A stretch of 64,000 bases of DNA from Mobula hypostoma (taxonomy: Eukaryota), in the NCBI RefSeq assembly GCF_963921235.1, contig NC_086097.1, positions 165,542,001 to 165,606,000 of the forward strand, written 5' to 3'. A program made the position numbers and the translations under genes. The notes beneath the pieces are model-generated. The model had not been told where the DNA came from, did not search any database, and saw only the letters and a program-made list of their open reading frames with translations. Shown in pieces: positions 12,990-25,958 of the stretch. Positions within the stretch are counted from its first letter, which is position 1. Each line of letters starts with the position of its first letter.

Positions 12990-15400
12990 ACAATGGGAGA
13001 GAAGGCATGTCAAAAGGGCAATGTTACAGCTGTCATCTGGGATTTCAATGTGCAGATAGATTGGGAAAACTTCACTTTCTCTTGAGAGAGAAGATGCAGA
13101 ATTCTGATGAGATGGCTTTTTAGAGCATCATGCATTCATGGTCAATCTCACTATGGAAAAGGCAACTCTGGATTGGGTGTTTTGTGTAATGAACCAGATT
13201 TCATTAGGGGGTTTAAGGTAAAAAAAAAAACCCTTAGGAAGTAGTTATTATAAAATGATAGAATTCACCTTGCAACTTGAGAGGGAGAAGTTAAAGCCAG
13301 ATGTATCACTATTGCAGTGAAGTGAAGGAAATTGCAGAGGCTTGCGAAAGGAGCTGACCAAAGTTGATTGAAAGGGGACATTAGCAAGGATGACAGTAAA
13401 GTGGCAATGTGGAAGGTGCAGGATAGTTACATCCCAAAGTAGTAGTATTCTAAATGCAGGATGACACAACTGTGGCTGACAAGGGAAGTCAAAGCCAACA
13501 TAAAGGCAAATGAAAGGGCATATAATAGAGCAAAAAATAGTGGGAAGTTAGAAGATTGGAAAACTTTTAAAAACCAATAGAAAACATCTAAAATATGGGG
13601 GTGGAAAAAGTTGATATATGAAGGCAGGCTAGCCAACAATACCAAAAAAAACCAAAAGATTTTTCAGATATATGAAGAGTAAAAGAGAAGCGAGAATAAA
13701 TATTGGACCACTGGAGAGGTAGTAACTGGGGACAAGAAAATGGCGAATGATCTGAATAAGTATTTTGCATCAGACTTCACTCAGGAAGACACTAGCACTA
13801 TGCTGGAAGTTTGAATGTGTTGGGGACAGAAGTGACTGCAGTTGCTATTACTCAGGAGAAAGTGCTTGGGAAACTGAACAATCTGAAGGTAGATAAGTCA
13901 CTTAGACCAGATGGACTATACCCCAGGTTTCTGAAAGAAGGAGCTGAAGAGGTAGTGGAGGCATTAATGATCTTTCAAAAATCACTAGATTCTTGTATGC
14001 TTCTGGAGGAAAGGAAAATTGGAAATGTCACCCCACTCTTCAAGAAGGGAGAGAGGCGGAAGAAAGGGAATTATCAGCCAGTTAACCTGACCTCAGTAGA
14101 TGGAAACATGTAGGAGTTGATTGTTAAAGATGAGGTCTCGAGGTATTAGGAGGAACATGATAAACTCAGCATGGTTTCCTTAGGGAAAATCTTGCCTAAC
14201 AAATCTGTTGGAATTGGGGATGTATAGACAAAGGAGGGGAAAAAATGGTGGATGCTTTGTTCTTGGGTTTTCAGAAAGCATTTGACAAGGTGCCCTACAT
14301 GAGGCTGCTTAACAAGATAAGAGCCAATGGCAGTACAGGAAAGATACTAGCATGGATGCTTGATAGGAGGCAAAGATTGGGAATAAAGGGAGCCTTCTCT
14401 GATTGGCTTCCATTGACTCGCGGTGTTCGGCAGTGGTCAGTGTTGTACTGGCTTCTTTTCACATTGTACATGAATGATTTGGGTGGTGGAATTGATGGCC
14501 TGTGGCCAAGTTTGTAGACAACACAAAAGATAGGTGGAGGGGCAGGTAGTGTTGAGGAAGCAAGGAGACTGCAGAAGGACATATTAGGAGAATGGGCAAA
14601 GAAGTGGCAGATGGAATACCATGTCGGGAAGTGTATTGTCATGCATTTTGGTAGAAGGAATAAAAGGGCAGACTGTTTTCTAAACAGAGCAAATTCAGAA
14701 ACTTGAAGTGCAAGGGAACTTAGGAGTCCTTGTACAGGATTTCCTAAAGGTTAATCTGCAGGTTGAGTCTGTGGTGAGGAAGGCAAATGCAGTGTTAGCA
14801 TTCATTTCGAGGGTACTGTAATATAAAAGCAAGGATATAATATTGAGGCTTTATAAGGCACTGATGAGGCCTCATTTGTAGTGTTGTGAGCAATTTTGGG
14901 CCCCTTATCTAAGAAAGGATGTGCTGACATTCGAGAGGGTTCAGAGGACGTCCACAAGAATGATTCCAGGAATGAAAGGGTTATCAAAGGAGGAGAGTTT
15001 GATGGCTCTGGGCTGGTACTTGCGGGAATTTAGAAGAATTAGGATAGAGCTCATTGAAACCTATCGAATATTTTAAGACCTAGATAGTGTGGGTATTTCC
15101 TATGGTGGGGGAGTCTAGGAACAGAGGGCACAGCCTCAGAATAGAGGGATGTCCATTTAGAATGGAGATGCAGAGGAATTTCTTTAACCCAGTTGGGTTT
15201 ATATGTTGCCACAGGGAGCTGTGGAGGCCAGGTCATTGGGTGTATTTAAAGTGGAGGTTGACAAGTTCTTGGTTAGTCAGGGCATGAAAGGTAGAAGGTA
15301 GGAGAATTTGGCTGAGAGGGAAATGGATCACTCATTATGAAATGGCAGAGCAGTCTTGATGGGCTGAATGGCCCAATTCCACTGTATCTTATGGTCTTAA
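12990..15400 (+). mobile_element. Old CR1 LINE ORF2
   Basis: KVDKSLRPDGLYPRFLKE, GNYQPVNLTS, FQKAFDKVP, GESRNRGHSLRI; 3' tail tcttatggtctta. Confidence 0.88.
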
Positions 15401-15423
15401 TTAAAAACAGTAATTAATGTCCA

Positions 15424-15577
15424 ACAAACAACAGGAATTCTGCAGATGCTGGAAATTCAAGCAACACACATCAAAGTTGCTGGTGAACACAGCAGGCCAG
15501 GCAGCATCTCTAGGAAGAGGTACAGTCGACGTTTCAGGCCGAGACCCTTCGTCAGGACTAACTGAAGGAAGAGTGAG
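15424..15577 (-). mobile_element. Penelope-like terminal repeat (young copy)
   Basis: Nearly identical to 60895-61005 and related to the 3958, 15999 and 63646 copies; carries a hammerhead motif typical of PLE pLTRs. Confidence 0.78.
15524..15559 (-). ncRNA. Minimal type I hammerhead ribozyme (intact core)
   Basis: Minus strand reads AGUC-CUGACGA-A-GGGU-CUCG-GCCU-GAAA-C-GUC/GACU: stem I AGUC:GACU, stem II, all core residues and a palindromic ACGU helix III. Predicted cleavage between 15528 and 15527. Confidence 0.75.
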
Positions 15578-15998
15578 ATCAAGGTCCTAGCTTTTCCAGC
15601 CTTAGTGCCAATGGCAAATGATTAACATTAATGAATGCATGACTGTACTACTGGAATTGATACCCAGGAATCAAGAGCACTGAAAACATTTAGAACAATG
15701 AAATATATTACTAAAGATCATAGATGGGATTTGATATCAAAGATAAGGTTAGGCTATCTGAAACCAGGAGTCAGGTAGGGGAAATCAGGCAGAGGGGAAA
15801 ACCTTCTGTGTCGATAGGGTGGTGAATCCTGGGAATTTTCTACTCGTTATTGCTGTAGAGGTCTGTCTTTTATTATTTTAGATAAAGGAATCTGGGATTA
15901 GTGCAGGAAAAAAATTATATAAAAGATTATATTCAATCTCATTGAATCAAGTGGAGCTGGTATTGTTGTTGGATGGTTTAAAGAACCTCACAATATTT

Positions 15999-16130
15999 AC
16001 AAGAGAAAATCTGCAGATGCTGGAGTTTCAAGCAACACACACAAAATGCTGGTGGAACTCAGCAGGTCAGGCAGGATCCATGGAAAAGAGAAAGCAGTCT
16101 ACATTTTGGGCCGAGACCCTTCATCAGGAC
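15999..16130 (-). mobile_element. Penelope-like terminal repeat with mutated hammerhead
   Basis: TSD acctcacaatatt (15985-15997) / acctcataatatt (16129-16141). Minus strand CUGAUGA-AGGGUCUCGGCCC-AAAA-UGUA-GACUG. Confidence 0.72.
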
Positions 16131-17374
16131 CTCATAATATTATTTCTTACGCATTTATGTAAAAAACTAGAATAGTCATTACAATAACAAAACATGTTTT
16201 AATTATGTAAATACTTGAGCCTTTTTTTTTCTTGGCTCTGCATGATGGTTGGAAAAGAGTTAAAAGTTTCTCTTCAAAGCATTACCCATAGATGTATCCT
16301 GAAGCAATGCAGGTTTGCACTAAGTACAGAGACAATAGAACCAGAGGGAAATACTTGGAGGGCAAGATAAATGAAGACACTGCAGTATAATAAAAGCTGA
16401 TGATTAAGAATTTGGAAAACACAAGCACAGAAACTAAATAACTTCCTGCTAGGGTAGCTGACTTATGAAATACTGCCACCTTGTGTGGTAACCAATTTCA
16501 CAATCATTTCAGGGCAACTTAAAGCATTTCAGATTAGTGGAGCACTTTTGAAATGTTACTCATGTAATGTGGGAAACCTTGGAATTACGAATTGGAACAT
16601 TACTGTCCCTTTTGTTGGTAACTGCAGATAAATTTTGTTAGGGGCACTTAAAAATAATGCCACTGTTTTTCAACCACCTGAGGGTAGGTAGCATTAGTTT
16701 AACATCTCCAAACCGCAGTATGCAGTACTCACTCGTCTGCACTGGAATAAGAAATTGTGCTCAATCCTCTCTTGGGACTTGAACACATTTGGTGCTACCA
16801 AATGAGGTCACACCTGATGGTACATGGGGCTAATTCTGAGTTAGCCAAGCATGGTTTCATCTGTTTCCTCACCCGAATGGACGTTTTCAAGCATCACTGA
16901 TGGATGGAAATACAGTACACTTGGAAGGTAGTTTACGACTAGATGTTTCAGTAAAAATGTAGAAGGCAGATTTGTAACATAGTTGCTAATTCCTAAACAG
17001 GCAAAGAAGAACAGCAAAAATGCTATATTAGTTGAAAGGATCCAAGTTTAAGACCTCAAACATGTCTCATGGTCGACCAGACAGGTTTCTATGTTTCTAA
17101 GACACATTTCAGATTTCCTTATGGTGCAGAAGTAGGCACAAGTTAATTCTGCTCACAGAAGATTTCAATTTCCCTATTTATATCCTTATCTTTTCTCCTA
17201 CCACTTACCCACATGAACAAATTACAAAACCCAATTAATTTTGTAACCTAGTTCAAAGATAAAAGATTAACTTTATTGGTCACATGTACATCAAAACAGT
17301 GAAATGCATCACTTGTATTAAATCAAAATCGCAGATGTTGCCACGCTTCTAGTGCCAAAATATCATACCCACAA

Positions 17375-17720
17375 CTCACTAACCCTAACTGTACGTCTTT
17401 GGTATGTGAGAGGAATCCAGAACACCCGGAGGAAACTCCTGCAGTCACTAGGTGAATGTACAAACTTCTTACAGACAGCAGCGGAAATTGAACTCTGATC
17501 TTGCAGGTGGCACTGTAATAGTGTTATGCTAACCACTATGCAATTGTGCAGCCTTTCCTGAGGATCCCCAGCTCTTGGGGATACGAAAAGAACCTGATGC
17601 ACTTAGGGAAACCCATGCACCCTTCGGGGAGATCGTGCAAACTCCACATGGACATAATGGGAACGTCAACTCACTGGAGCTGCAAAGCAACTACACTACA
17701 TGCAGTGAGCCAGTACCACC
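17375..17720 (-). mobile_element. Two adjacent degraded tRNA-derived V-SINE (HE1-like) copies
   Basis: Reverse complement shows tagtggttagcataacac (A-box-like) and gtttcctccgggtgttctggattcctctcacataccaaagacgtac (V-domain-like). Confidence 0.6.
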
Positions 17721-18599
17721 CATTGACCACAGCAGGTACCTCGAAGCATTGTTAATGCTAATGGTACAACCTTCACAAAATACCCTGAATCCACTGTCAC
17801 AAGTGAACCAGCATTTCTCCCAAGCCAAATTCAAGGTCTTAGATGTACCATCACCAATGCTGGGTGGACCATGAGTCATGGACATGTAAAAAGGCTCAAA
17901 ACACTGAACTCCAATTATGAAATCAAACATATTCTCAGAGTCTTCTTGAAAGGAGTAATACCTCTACTACTTTGTGGGAAACCCCGATCCACAACAGCTC
18001 AAAAGAGAAAAGACACATTGCAGTTCATACATAGGAGGCACATAAAAGCCCAGTCCAAGAAGCTAAATGTATGCATCACCTCCCACCCCATCTAATAACA
18101 TTTGCCCCATAGAACTGGTGCTGAATAAAATCCTAATTTCCAAGGTATTAAGATATCCTGAACACATCTACTAGTAGGCAAAGAAAATGGCAGAGATAAG
18201 CAGTAGTTCTAAATGAGTTGGAAAGCATGAGCAGAACAATTCAGAAAACAATCACTTCCAACCAGCCAGACAACATACTGTGGGTGAAATTGTCATTTGG
18301 ATGTTTACATACAAAGAACGCAAACTGTGCAACGTGTACTGAATCTAACCAAAAATCAAATAGAAAGTCCATCAACATTATAAGAGAGAATGGAATACAA
18401 ATGAGTAGTGGGAAATTCTTTTTCGAGATGTGGTCAGGTTCATTTATATATTTTCAACATTGCTGAATTCTGAAATTGTAATGCAAAATGACGACTAAGG
18501 AAGTGACAAATAGAAAAATAAATAAACAGAATGGGATTAAAGTCATGAGGCTTAAAATATACATGTGTAATAGGGGAAAGTCTATTAAATGTAAACATA

Positions 18600-20130
18600 G
18601 ATCCCGTGCAAAGGAGTGGGAGAATTTATAATGAAGAATGAGGATAAACTTGATAAACATTGCACGCATCTTCACAGATGACAAAAAAAACTGTCCAGAA
18701 GTACTGGAGAATTAAGGGCCAAGTGTAAATGCAGAAACAAGTTATTAAAAAGCTATTGGAGAAGTTAATAAAATTGAAAATTGATACATGCTAAAGACCT
18801 GATGATTTATATTCCAGTTTGAAAAAAAGTGGCTACAGAAATTCTGCAGGGTCCTTATAATCTTGCAAAAATTTCCAGATTCTGGAATGGATCTTGCAGA
18901 TCAAAGGCAGCATAAGCTGATATATGGATTTACATGTTCTAAAAATCAGTTGAGTTCTTTGTGAGTGTATCTGCAAGTTGGCGAGATGAGTATTTAGATT
19001 TTCAGAAGACTTTTGATATGGTTTTACACAGGCTGGTGAACATGGAATTAGGGGTAAAAGCATGATTTGAGAATTGATTAATATTGAAACAATAGGAAGA
19101 AACTAGCCCTTCACAAGTGGATAGACTGAGAAAGTTTGGTACCACAGGGATTGGTACTTGGCCCTCTAATATTCACAAACTATGTCAACAATTGGGGGAA
19201 CAGACCAAATACTGCATGCCATCAACGCAGAAATACTAAGTGGGAATGAGAGCAGTGATGAGGATGCCTCTGGGAGGGGATGCAGACAAGCTGACTTGCC
19301 TCAGATAAAGAATATCAGATTATGCAGGATTCTCAGCAGCGATAAACAAGTGCAGTTTATTTTTGTTAAAAAATTTAAACACTGGTGTACAAGGATACAT
19401 ATCCTTTGAACACATCACTGAAAGATAATGCAGCAGGCACTGAGGAAGGCACAATATGGATTGGCGTTTATTGCAAGTGGATGACTACCAGAGTAAAGTG
19501 TCCTACCACATTTATACAGGACTTCTTGTCACCACACAGGAGAATTGTGCACAATGTCTCCTCACGCAGCAGAATGATGTTTCTCCAGGCAAACTCTATC
19601 CTGTCCAGGGCTCTGTTTCCCATATATTCCAACTTGTAGCAAGGCCCATTTATCCATCTAATTGGATTGGCAACAGAGTTAACATTCAACATTTGCTTGT
19701 GACCTTTCTGTTACAGTCCTTTAAAATACTCTATTCAAAGTCTTCCATTGGAAAAGACAAGTAACCCCTTGAAATTCCTCCACAAACTTCTACACTTCAG
19801 TTACTTAGAAGCCAGTACTTTGGCCCTCAAAGGTAAATGGATCTTTTCACTTACTTCATCTAGACCCATCATGTCATGCATTTCAATTGTTTCCCCTCAG
19901 CCACCTCTGTTCTAAAGAAAGCCTTAGCTTAACTAACATTTCTCCATGCTCAAAATTTTCAGCCCAGTGGGTGAACATCTTTGTTAATCTCCTCCACCCA
20001 GTCAAATGTAATCACATCTTTTCCTGCTAGTTATTCAAGCTGTGGCCTAAGGGGCATTGTATAGTTCTATCATAATCTCTTTGCTCTTAAGTTCCATGGC
20101 TCAGCTAATAAAAGCCATTCCATGAATAGC
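18600..20130. mobile_element. Highly degraded CR1 fragments in both orientations
   Basis: Residual CR1 RT-like nucleotide blocks (gattttcagaagacttttgat, gtaccacagggattggtacttggcc). Confidence 0.5.
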
Positions 20131-20132
20131 TT

Positions 20133-21464
20133 ACGTCTGTGGTGGGAAAGCTGTTGGAAAAGATTCTTAGAGATGGGATCTATAGGCATTTAGAGAATCG
20201 CGGTCTGATCAGGGACAGTCAGCATGGCTTTGTGAAGGGCAGATTGTGTCTAACAAGCCTGATAGAGTTCCTTGAGGAGGTGACCAGGCATATAGATGAG
20301 GGTAGTGCAGTGGATGTGATCTATATGGATTTTAGTAAGGCATTTGACAAGGTTCCACACGGTAGGCTTATTCAGAAAGTTAGAAGGCATGGGATCCAGG
20401 GAAGTTTGGCCAGGTGGATTCAGAATTGGCTTGCCTGCAGAAGGCAGAGGGTGGTGGTGGAGGGAGTACATTTAGATTGGAGGATTGTGACTAGTGGTGT
20501 CCCACAAGGATCTGTTCTGGGACCTCTACTTTTCGTGATTTTTATTAACGACCTGGATGTGGGGGTAGAAGCGTGGGTTGGTAAGTTTGCAGACGACACA
20601 AAGGTTGGTGGTGTTGTAGATAGTGTAGAGGATTGTCAAAGATTGCAGAGAGACATTGATAGGATGCAGGAGTGGGCTGAGAAGTGGCAGATGGAGTTCA
20701 ACCCGGAGAAGAGTGAGGTGGTACACTTTGGAAGGACAAACTCCAAGGCAGAGTACAAAGTAAATGGCAGGATACTTGGTAGTGTGGAGGAGCAGCGGGA
20801 TCTCAGGGTACATGTCCACAGATCCCTGAAAGTTGCCTCACAGGTGGATAGGGTAGTTAAGAAAGCTTATGGGGTGTTAGCTAGTCGAGGGATAGAGTTT
20901 AAGAGTCGCGATGTAATGATGCAGCTCTATAAAACTCTGGTTAGGCCACACTTGGAGTACTGTGTCCAGTTCTGGTCACCTCACTATAGGAAGGGTGTGG
21001 AAGCATTGGAAAGGGTACAGAGGAGATTTACCAGGATGCTGCCTGGTTTAGAAAGTATGCATTATGATCAGAGATTAAGGGAGCTACGGCTTTACTCTTT
21101 GGAGAGGAGGAGGAGGAGGAGAGGAGACATGACAGAGGTGTACAAGATAATAAGAGGAATAGATAGAGTGGATAGCCAGCACCTCTTCCCCAGGGAATAC
21201 AAGAGGACATGGCTTTAAGGTAAGGGGTGGGAAGTTCAAGGGGGATATTAGAGGAAGGTTTTCTACTCAGAGAGTGGTTGGTGCGTGGAATACAGTGTCT
21301 GAGTCAGTGGTGGAGGCAGATACACTAGTGAAGTTTAAGAGACTACTAGACAGGTATATGGAGGAATTTAAGGTGAGGGCTTATGTGGGAGGCAGGGTTT
21401 GAGGGTCGGCACAACATTGTGGGCTGAAGGGCCTGTACTGTGCTGTACTGTTCTATGTTCTATG
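20133..21464 (+). mobile_element. Young 5'-truncated CR1 LINE with a 359-aa open RT region
   Basis: [47 protein letters not shown]; tail ttctatgttctatg. Confidence 0.95.
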
Positions 21465-21834
21465 AACCTTTTGACAATCCTACTGACCATTAAAAACTAG
21501 TAAGTAGCACCACCGTTTGCAACTTTTGCACTATTTTTCATTGTAACCATAATTTTTTTTAATATCTTGTACTGTACTGGTGCTACAAAACAAGAAATTT
21601 CATGACAAGTATCAGTGATAATAAACCTGATTCTAACTCCTATTTAAGGATGAGAACACACACAGTCCATGATTATTTTGTTCTTCCACACCACTTACCT
21701 TTAACTTGGAATTTTTTTTCCTGATCACACTTATGTTACAAGTTTAAGTTGTGGTGGGTGAGGGGAAAAACTTACATTGAAACTAGATTGTATAAAAACC
21801 ACATTGTAAACTGAGTTCACATGTTCAGGTGATC

Positions 21835-21958
21835 ATAAGACCATAAGACAAAGGAGCAGAAGTCAGCCATTTGGCCCATTGAGTCTGCTCCGCCATTTTA
21901 TCATGAGCTGATCCATTCTCCCATTTAGTCCCACTCCCCCACCTTCTCACCATAACCT
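21835..21958 (-). mobile_element. Short CR1 3'-end fragment
   Basis: cataagaccataaga tail, CR1 3' UTR hairpin region, tgatca at both flanks. Confidence 0.65.
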
Positions 21959-22098
21959 TTGATCACATCTGAATTGCAGCATTAAAATTTTACAAGTTAT
22001 AGATAAGGATTTTAGTTGCTCTGGATAAATCAGAACTACATGAAATAAAAATCCAATAGCAGTAACCTTTGGAACAGGAAGAAATAAGGTTGCATATT

Positions 22099-22104
22099 TT
22101 TATT
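22099..22104 (-). terminator. Candidate distal polyadenylation signal of PPP4R1
   Basis: AATAAA on the minus strand followed by U-rich sequence, at the end of about 2.7 kb of mostly non-repetitive sequence after the stop. A proximal AATAAA also occurs at 24712-24717. Confidence 0.35.
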
Positions 22105-23300
22105 TGGACAAGTACAGAACAACTTGTATCACAACTTCTTTTTATGACATGATCAACAACAGGCACTCAGAGTGCTCACAGATATGTACATATAAAAGGT
22201 GCAGCATTCAGCTGATCATGATAAAAAGTTAAAATACCTGAATTTTCAGACTTAAAGCTTGTGTGCTAATCCAATTCAAACATACTCCGCAGGACATGAC
22301 CAGCATGAAAAAGACAATTCCGCATAACACAGAAATGTGCTGTACTTTAAAATCATTTAACTACTTTGTAGTGTTAGTGCTGAGCCTGAGCCCTTGGGAG
22401 TTCCAACTGCACACATTTATACTTGCAGAGAAATCTAACCTCTTTCCACACTTTGCAGCATGTGATATTAGATTACTTGCCATAGGCAGCACCTCATTTC
22501 TGAAAAAGGTTCAAGATCCACATATGGTACTGCTCAACTCTCATTGTTCCTTGGTGATTTAAAAGTAGTGGTAGTCAAAGGAAGGGTGGGTGCATAAGGC
22601 CAATTAGCCTAAATAACTTTGTTAACTATGCAGAAAATCAGTTAACATTCTCTATCCTGCCGAACATAGAAGCCTATTTGACTGGAATGAGATCCTTTTA
22701 TCCAAGGTAGCTATAGGAGGTCTCAAACTAAAGTGAGGCAAGACCCATTAAGCTACTAACTTCTAGCTCACCCCACATCAGCATGAGATTAGGCAGACTG
22801 ATGAAAATAGCGGGAAATTTATATGTGGAGGTTGAGCTTCTTTCAAACAATAAGGGAGACTCATTGATAATCCACAATCTTGTCTTTGTATATTCAACCT
22901 CCACTAACAGAAATACAACACTAGTGGGAGGTGGGGCACTGAAGACTTACAACTGTAGGATGATCTGGAGCACAACAATATCAAATTACTTACCACATTA
23001 CACTTTCAGGCCACAACAGCAATGTTTAGGGTGGGGTGGGGGTGGAATAAACAAATAAACACCAACTTTTTTTCTGGTAGACACTAGAAAATCCACCACA
23101 TGAGGTGGCCACTGTACAAATTCAAAGAGCTATTCAAGATGACAATATTCACTTCATATTTAGCCAATCTCTCTTCAGAAACTTGTTTAGTGAATGGTCT
23201 GACTTCCTAGATTATGGGAATTAATTATTCCATCTACAGTTTGCAGCCAATTTAACCTTTCAATTGATGTTAAAGTTAGAACAGGCCTGAAAGCTTAGAG

Positions 23301-23380
23301 CAGGGAGTCCCAACCATTTTTATGCCATGGACTTCTACCATTAATTGAAGGGCCCATGGTCTTCAGGTTGGGAACCCCTG
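23301..23380. mobile_element. 80-bp hAT (Charlie-like) MITE
   Basis: TIRs cagggagtcccaacc / ggttgggaacccctg; perfect 8-bp TSD gcttagag (23293-23300 / 23381-23388). Confidence 0.85.
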
Positions 23381-24775
23381 GCTTAGAGAAACGTGCGAGG
23401 ATGGAAGACAGGTTCAATGCATTTTTGTTACCGGAAGTCATTTCAGGATATTAATTACAAGCTTTAAAACTGACCAGAGGCCAAAGAATCAAGTTAATTG
23501 AGACAGACCTCAGCAGGCTGCCACTAAGGCACAAAGACCATCCAGCTTGAAACAAGATGGTGGAGTGTGAACTAAGAATAGCATTTTATAAATGGTAGAG
23601 AGTTAAGAGATCAAAACCACCTCACATGGGTAAAAGTCATCCAATGGTGCTTACTCAGGCCAACTCACCTCTTTCCTTCCTCTCCACCAAGCTGGTGAAT
23701 AATCCTGTTCATATATTGAATGAAGAGAAATAAAAAGATGCCATGTTTGATTTGCAGCAAGTCAGATTGGTATGTAAATTTAAATAAATCTGATTCCTGA
23801 TGCTCACACCAAACCAAAGAAAAAAATTTCACATCTGAAGTCAATCAGATGCACCTCAGCCAGAGGTATGAAATTGAGGTCAATTTGGCAGGGTGCATAT
23901 TAAAACAATTACCACAACTGCTCGCATAGCAACTTAGTGCCTCTGTGCTGGTAGAAGGAATTTGTAAAAAACACTTTGCAGGTAATGCAAAAATTCTCAT
24001 CTTAGTTCTTTCTGTAATTCTTCTGTCAAGTCCTGTGCAACAGTCGAAGTAGGTAGAACAAAACCCACAGGAACAATAAACAAGTTGGTAAAGAGAGTCC
24101 AAGCAGAACAGTGGCAGCCATATTTTCCATACCTGCTAGACTGAAATTTACTGTGATACGAATGGGATAATTTTAAGGAGCTAAAACAAGTCCACAGTCC
24201 ATGTTCAAACTAAATGAGGTATTACTGATCCATTAAGAAAAAAAACAACCTCTTTACCAAACCAGTACAGTTGAAAAGGACTTTTTTTTTTGAATCAGTA
24301 CAGCATTAAGATAAATATGCATTAAATTTACTGGTTCATTTTCTTTGCAAATGCAGGAAATTGTTGCTTAGAGAAGAATTGTTGGTAACATTCTTATAGT
24401 ATTTTTGGGAAGGAATGATAAGATTCAACATGGATAATCCCCTCCTCCATTAAGAAGGCTGCAGGTGTTCCAGTTTTCTAGTTTAATACAGGAGTTTAAG
24501 GCTTCGGTGGTAAGATCCTCTGAGAACTTTTCAGTGGTCAAAACGCATAAAACAGAAGTCATGCATTCACGACTAGTAAGGGTCTAACTGAATCTCAGTG
24601 TAATCAAGGGCCATTACAGGTCAGCGTGTTTGTAAAACCCCATTTGTTCAGTCTATAGAAGTTATCTCACTGTATTCTGGAGCACTCATTCAGCACATTC
24701 CAGCTGATACATTTATTTTAATCACTCATTAGTGACTCCCAGTCTGCACAGTCCGATGAAAAATATCAGTTGGTT

Positions 24776-24939
24776 TTAATATGTGGAAGAGGCCGTGCTC
24801 ATGGCATCATCACCAAGCTTTGTGCTACTGGGATGTACGCTGGCAAAATATCGGACATCACGGTCTTGATCTGCCTGCAATGCTGTAACACTTTGCTCTA
24901 TGGCTTCCTGCTGAGAGCTGCTAGAATTCAGGAAGTATT
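24776..24939 (-). CDS. PPP4R1: Protein phosphatase 4 regulatory subunit 1, last coding exon
   Basis: (E)YFLNSSSSQQEAIEQSVTALQADQDRDVRYFASVHPSSTKLGDDAMSTASSTY* matches the PPP4R1 C-terminus (DAMSTASSTY). Acceptor tttacag. Confidence 0.96.
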
Positions 24940-25816
24940 CTGTAAAATCAAACATCAATAATAGATAACATTAGTAGTTTGGTAAAACAACAGTTAGTTA
25001 TTTCTCTAACCTTAAGTCATCATTTCCCTACCAAGGACTCTAGAGGGATCATAAACATAAAAAAAAAAACACATCACAGCAATGCACAGGATTGCAAAAG
25101 GCTGCAGAGGATTGTAGACCCTGCTAGCTCCATTATGAGCACAATCAAGCAGTTCTTTGAGAAGCAGTGCCTTTTACTAAGGATCTTCACTATTCAGAAC
25201 TTGCCCACTTCCTGTTACTACTATAAGGGAGCTGATATAGGAGCCTGAACACCTCTTGCCCTCCATCCGATTTCAGAATGATCCATGAATCTATTAAGAC
25301 TACCTTGTTATTACTTATTTTGTAATTTTTCTTAAGTCTTTGCACTGTATTGTTGCAAAGTAACAAAATTCATATCATACAAGACAGAGCTAATAAATCC
25401 AATTTTGAAGAGCATTACCAACTAAAATTTAAAAACATCAAGTGCTAACATGGACATCTACATTACCAAACCCTCACTGATGAAGTCTGTATCAATACAC
25501 GATCATGTTCACATACTCCCTATTTTGCAAAATTTACAATGGCTGCATCCAAATTCAGTATCTGCTGAGGCTGATTTAACTTCTGGGAGCAATTGGCAAG
25601 AGATTCAACATTTGTGGAAAACTGAAGAGGTCTAACAGTGACCAATTTCAGATGGCTACTTTGAGTATTTTCCATTTTCAACCTTCTTGCCATTAAATAA
25701 GGAAAATATTACGATAGACCACAATATTTTAAAATATTAATTATAAACAAATACAGTTAAAGATAATGCAAAATAAATACAACCACTGATATTGTTAATG
25801 TAGAAATTGACCTCAC

Positions 25817-25958
25817 CTTTTTCCATCAAGGTTTGCCTCAAAGTTTTTGCTAGCAACACTCTGATGTTTGGCACAGGATCAGATGCCAGCTGTAGCAAAT
25901 GTGGCATCAAATGCTCAGCAAACTGCTCTATAGGGATATAATCATCTTCAATCACAGC
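25817..25958 (-). CDS. PPP4R1: PPP4R1 exon (HEAT repeat)
   Basis: AVIEDDYIPIEQFAEHLMPHLLQLASDPVPNIRVLLAKTLRQTLMEK; ttgcag acceptor, G|gtgag donor; 142 nt, phase 0 to 1. Confidence 0.95.

Noticed and set aside
20139..21218. 359-aa RT ORF as a domesticated or novel reverse transcriptase gene
   Set aside because: Starts mid-domain, ends in a frameshift and a typical CR1 tail; an ordinary 5'-truncated copy. The poly-Arg run is a (GAG/AGG)n slippage.
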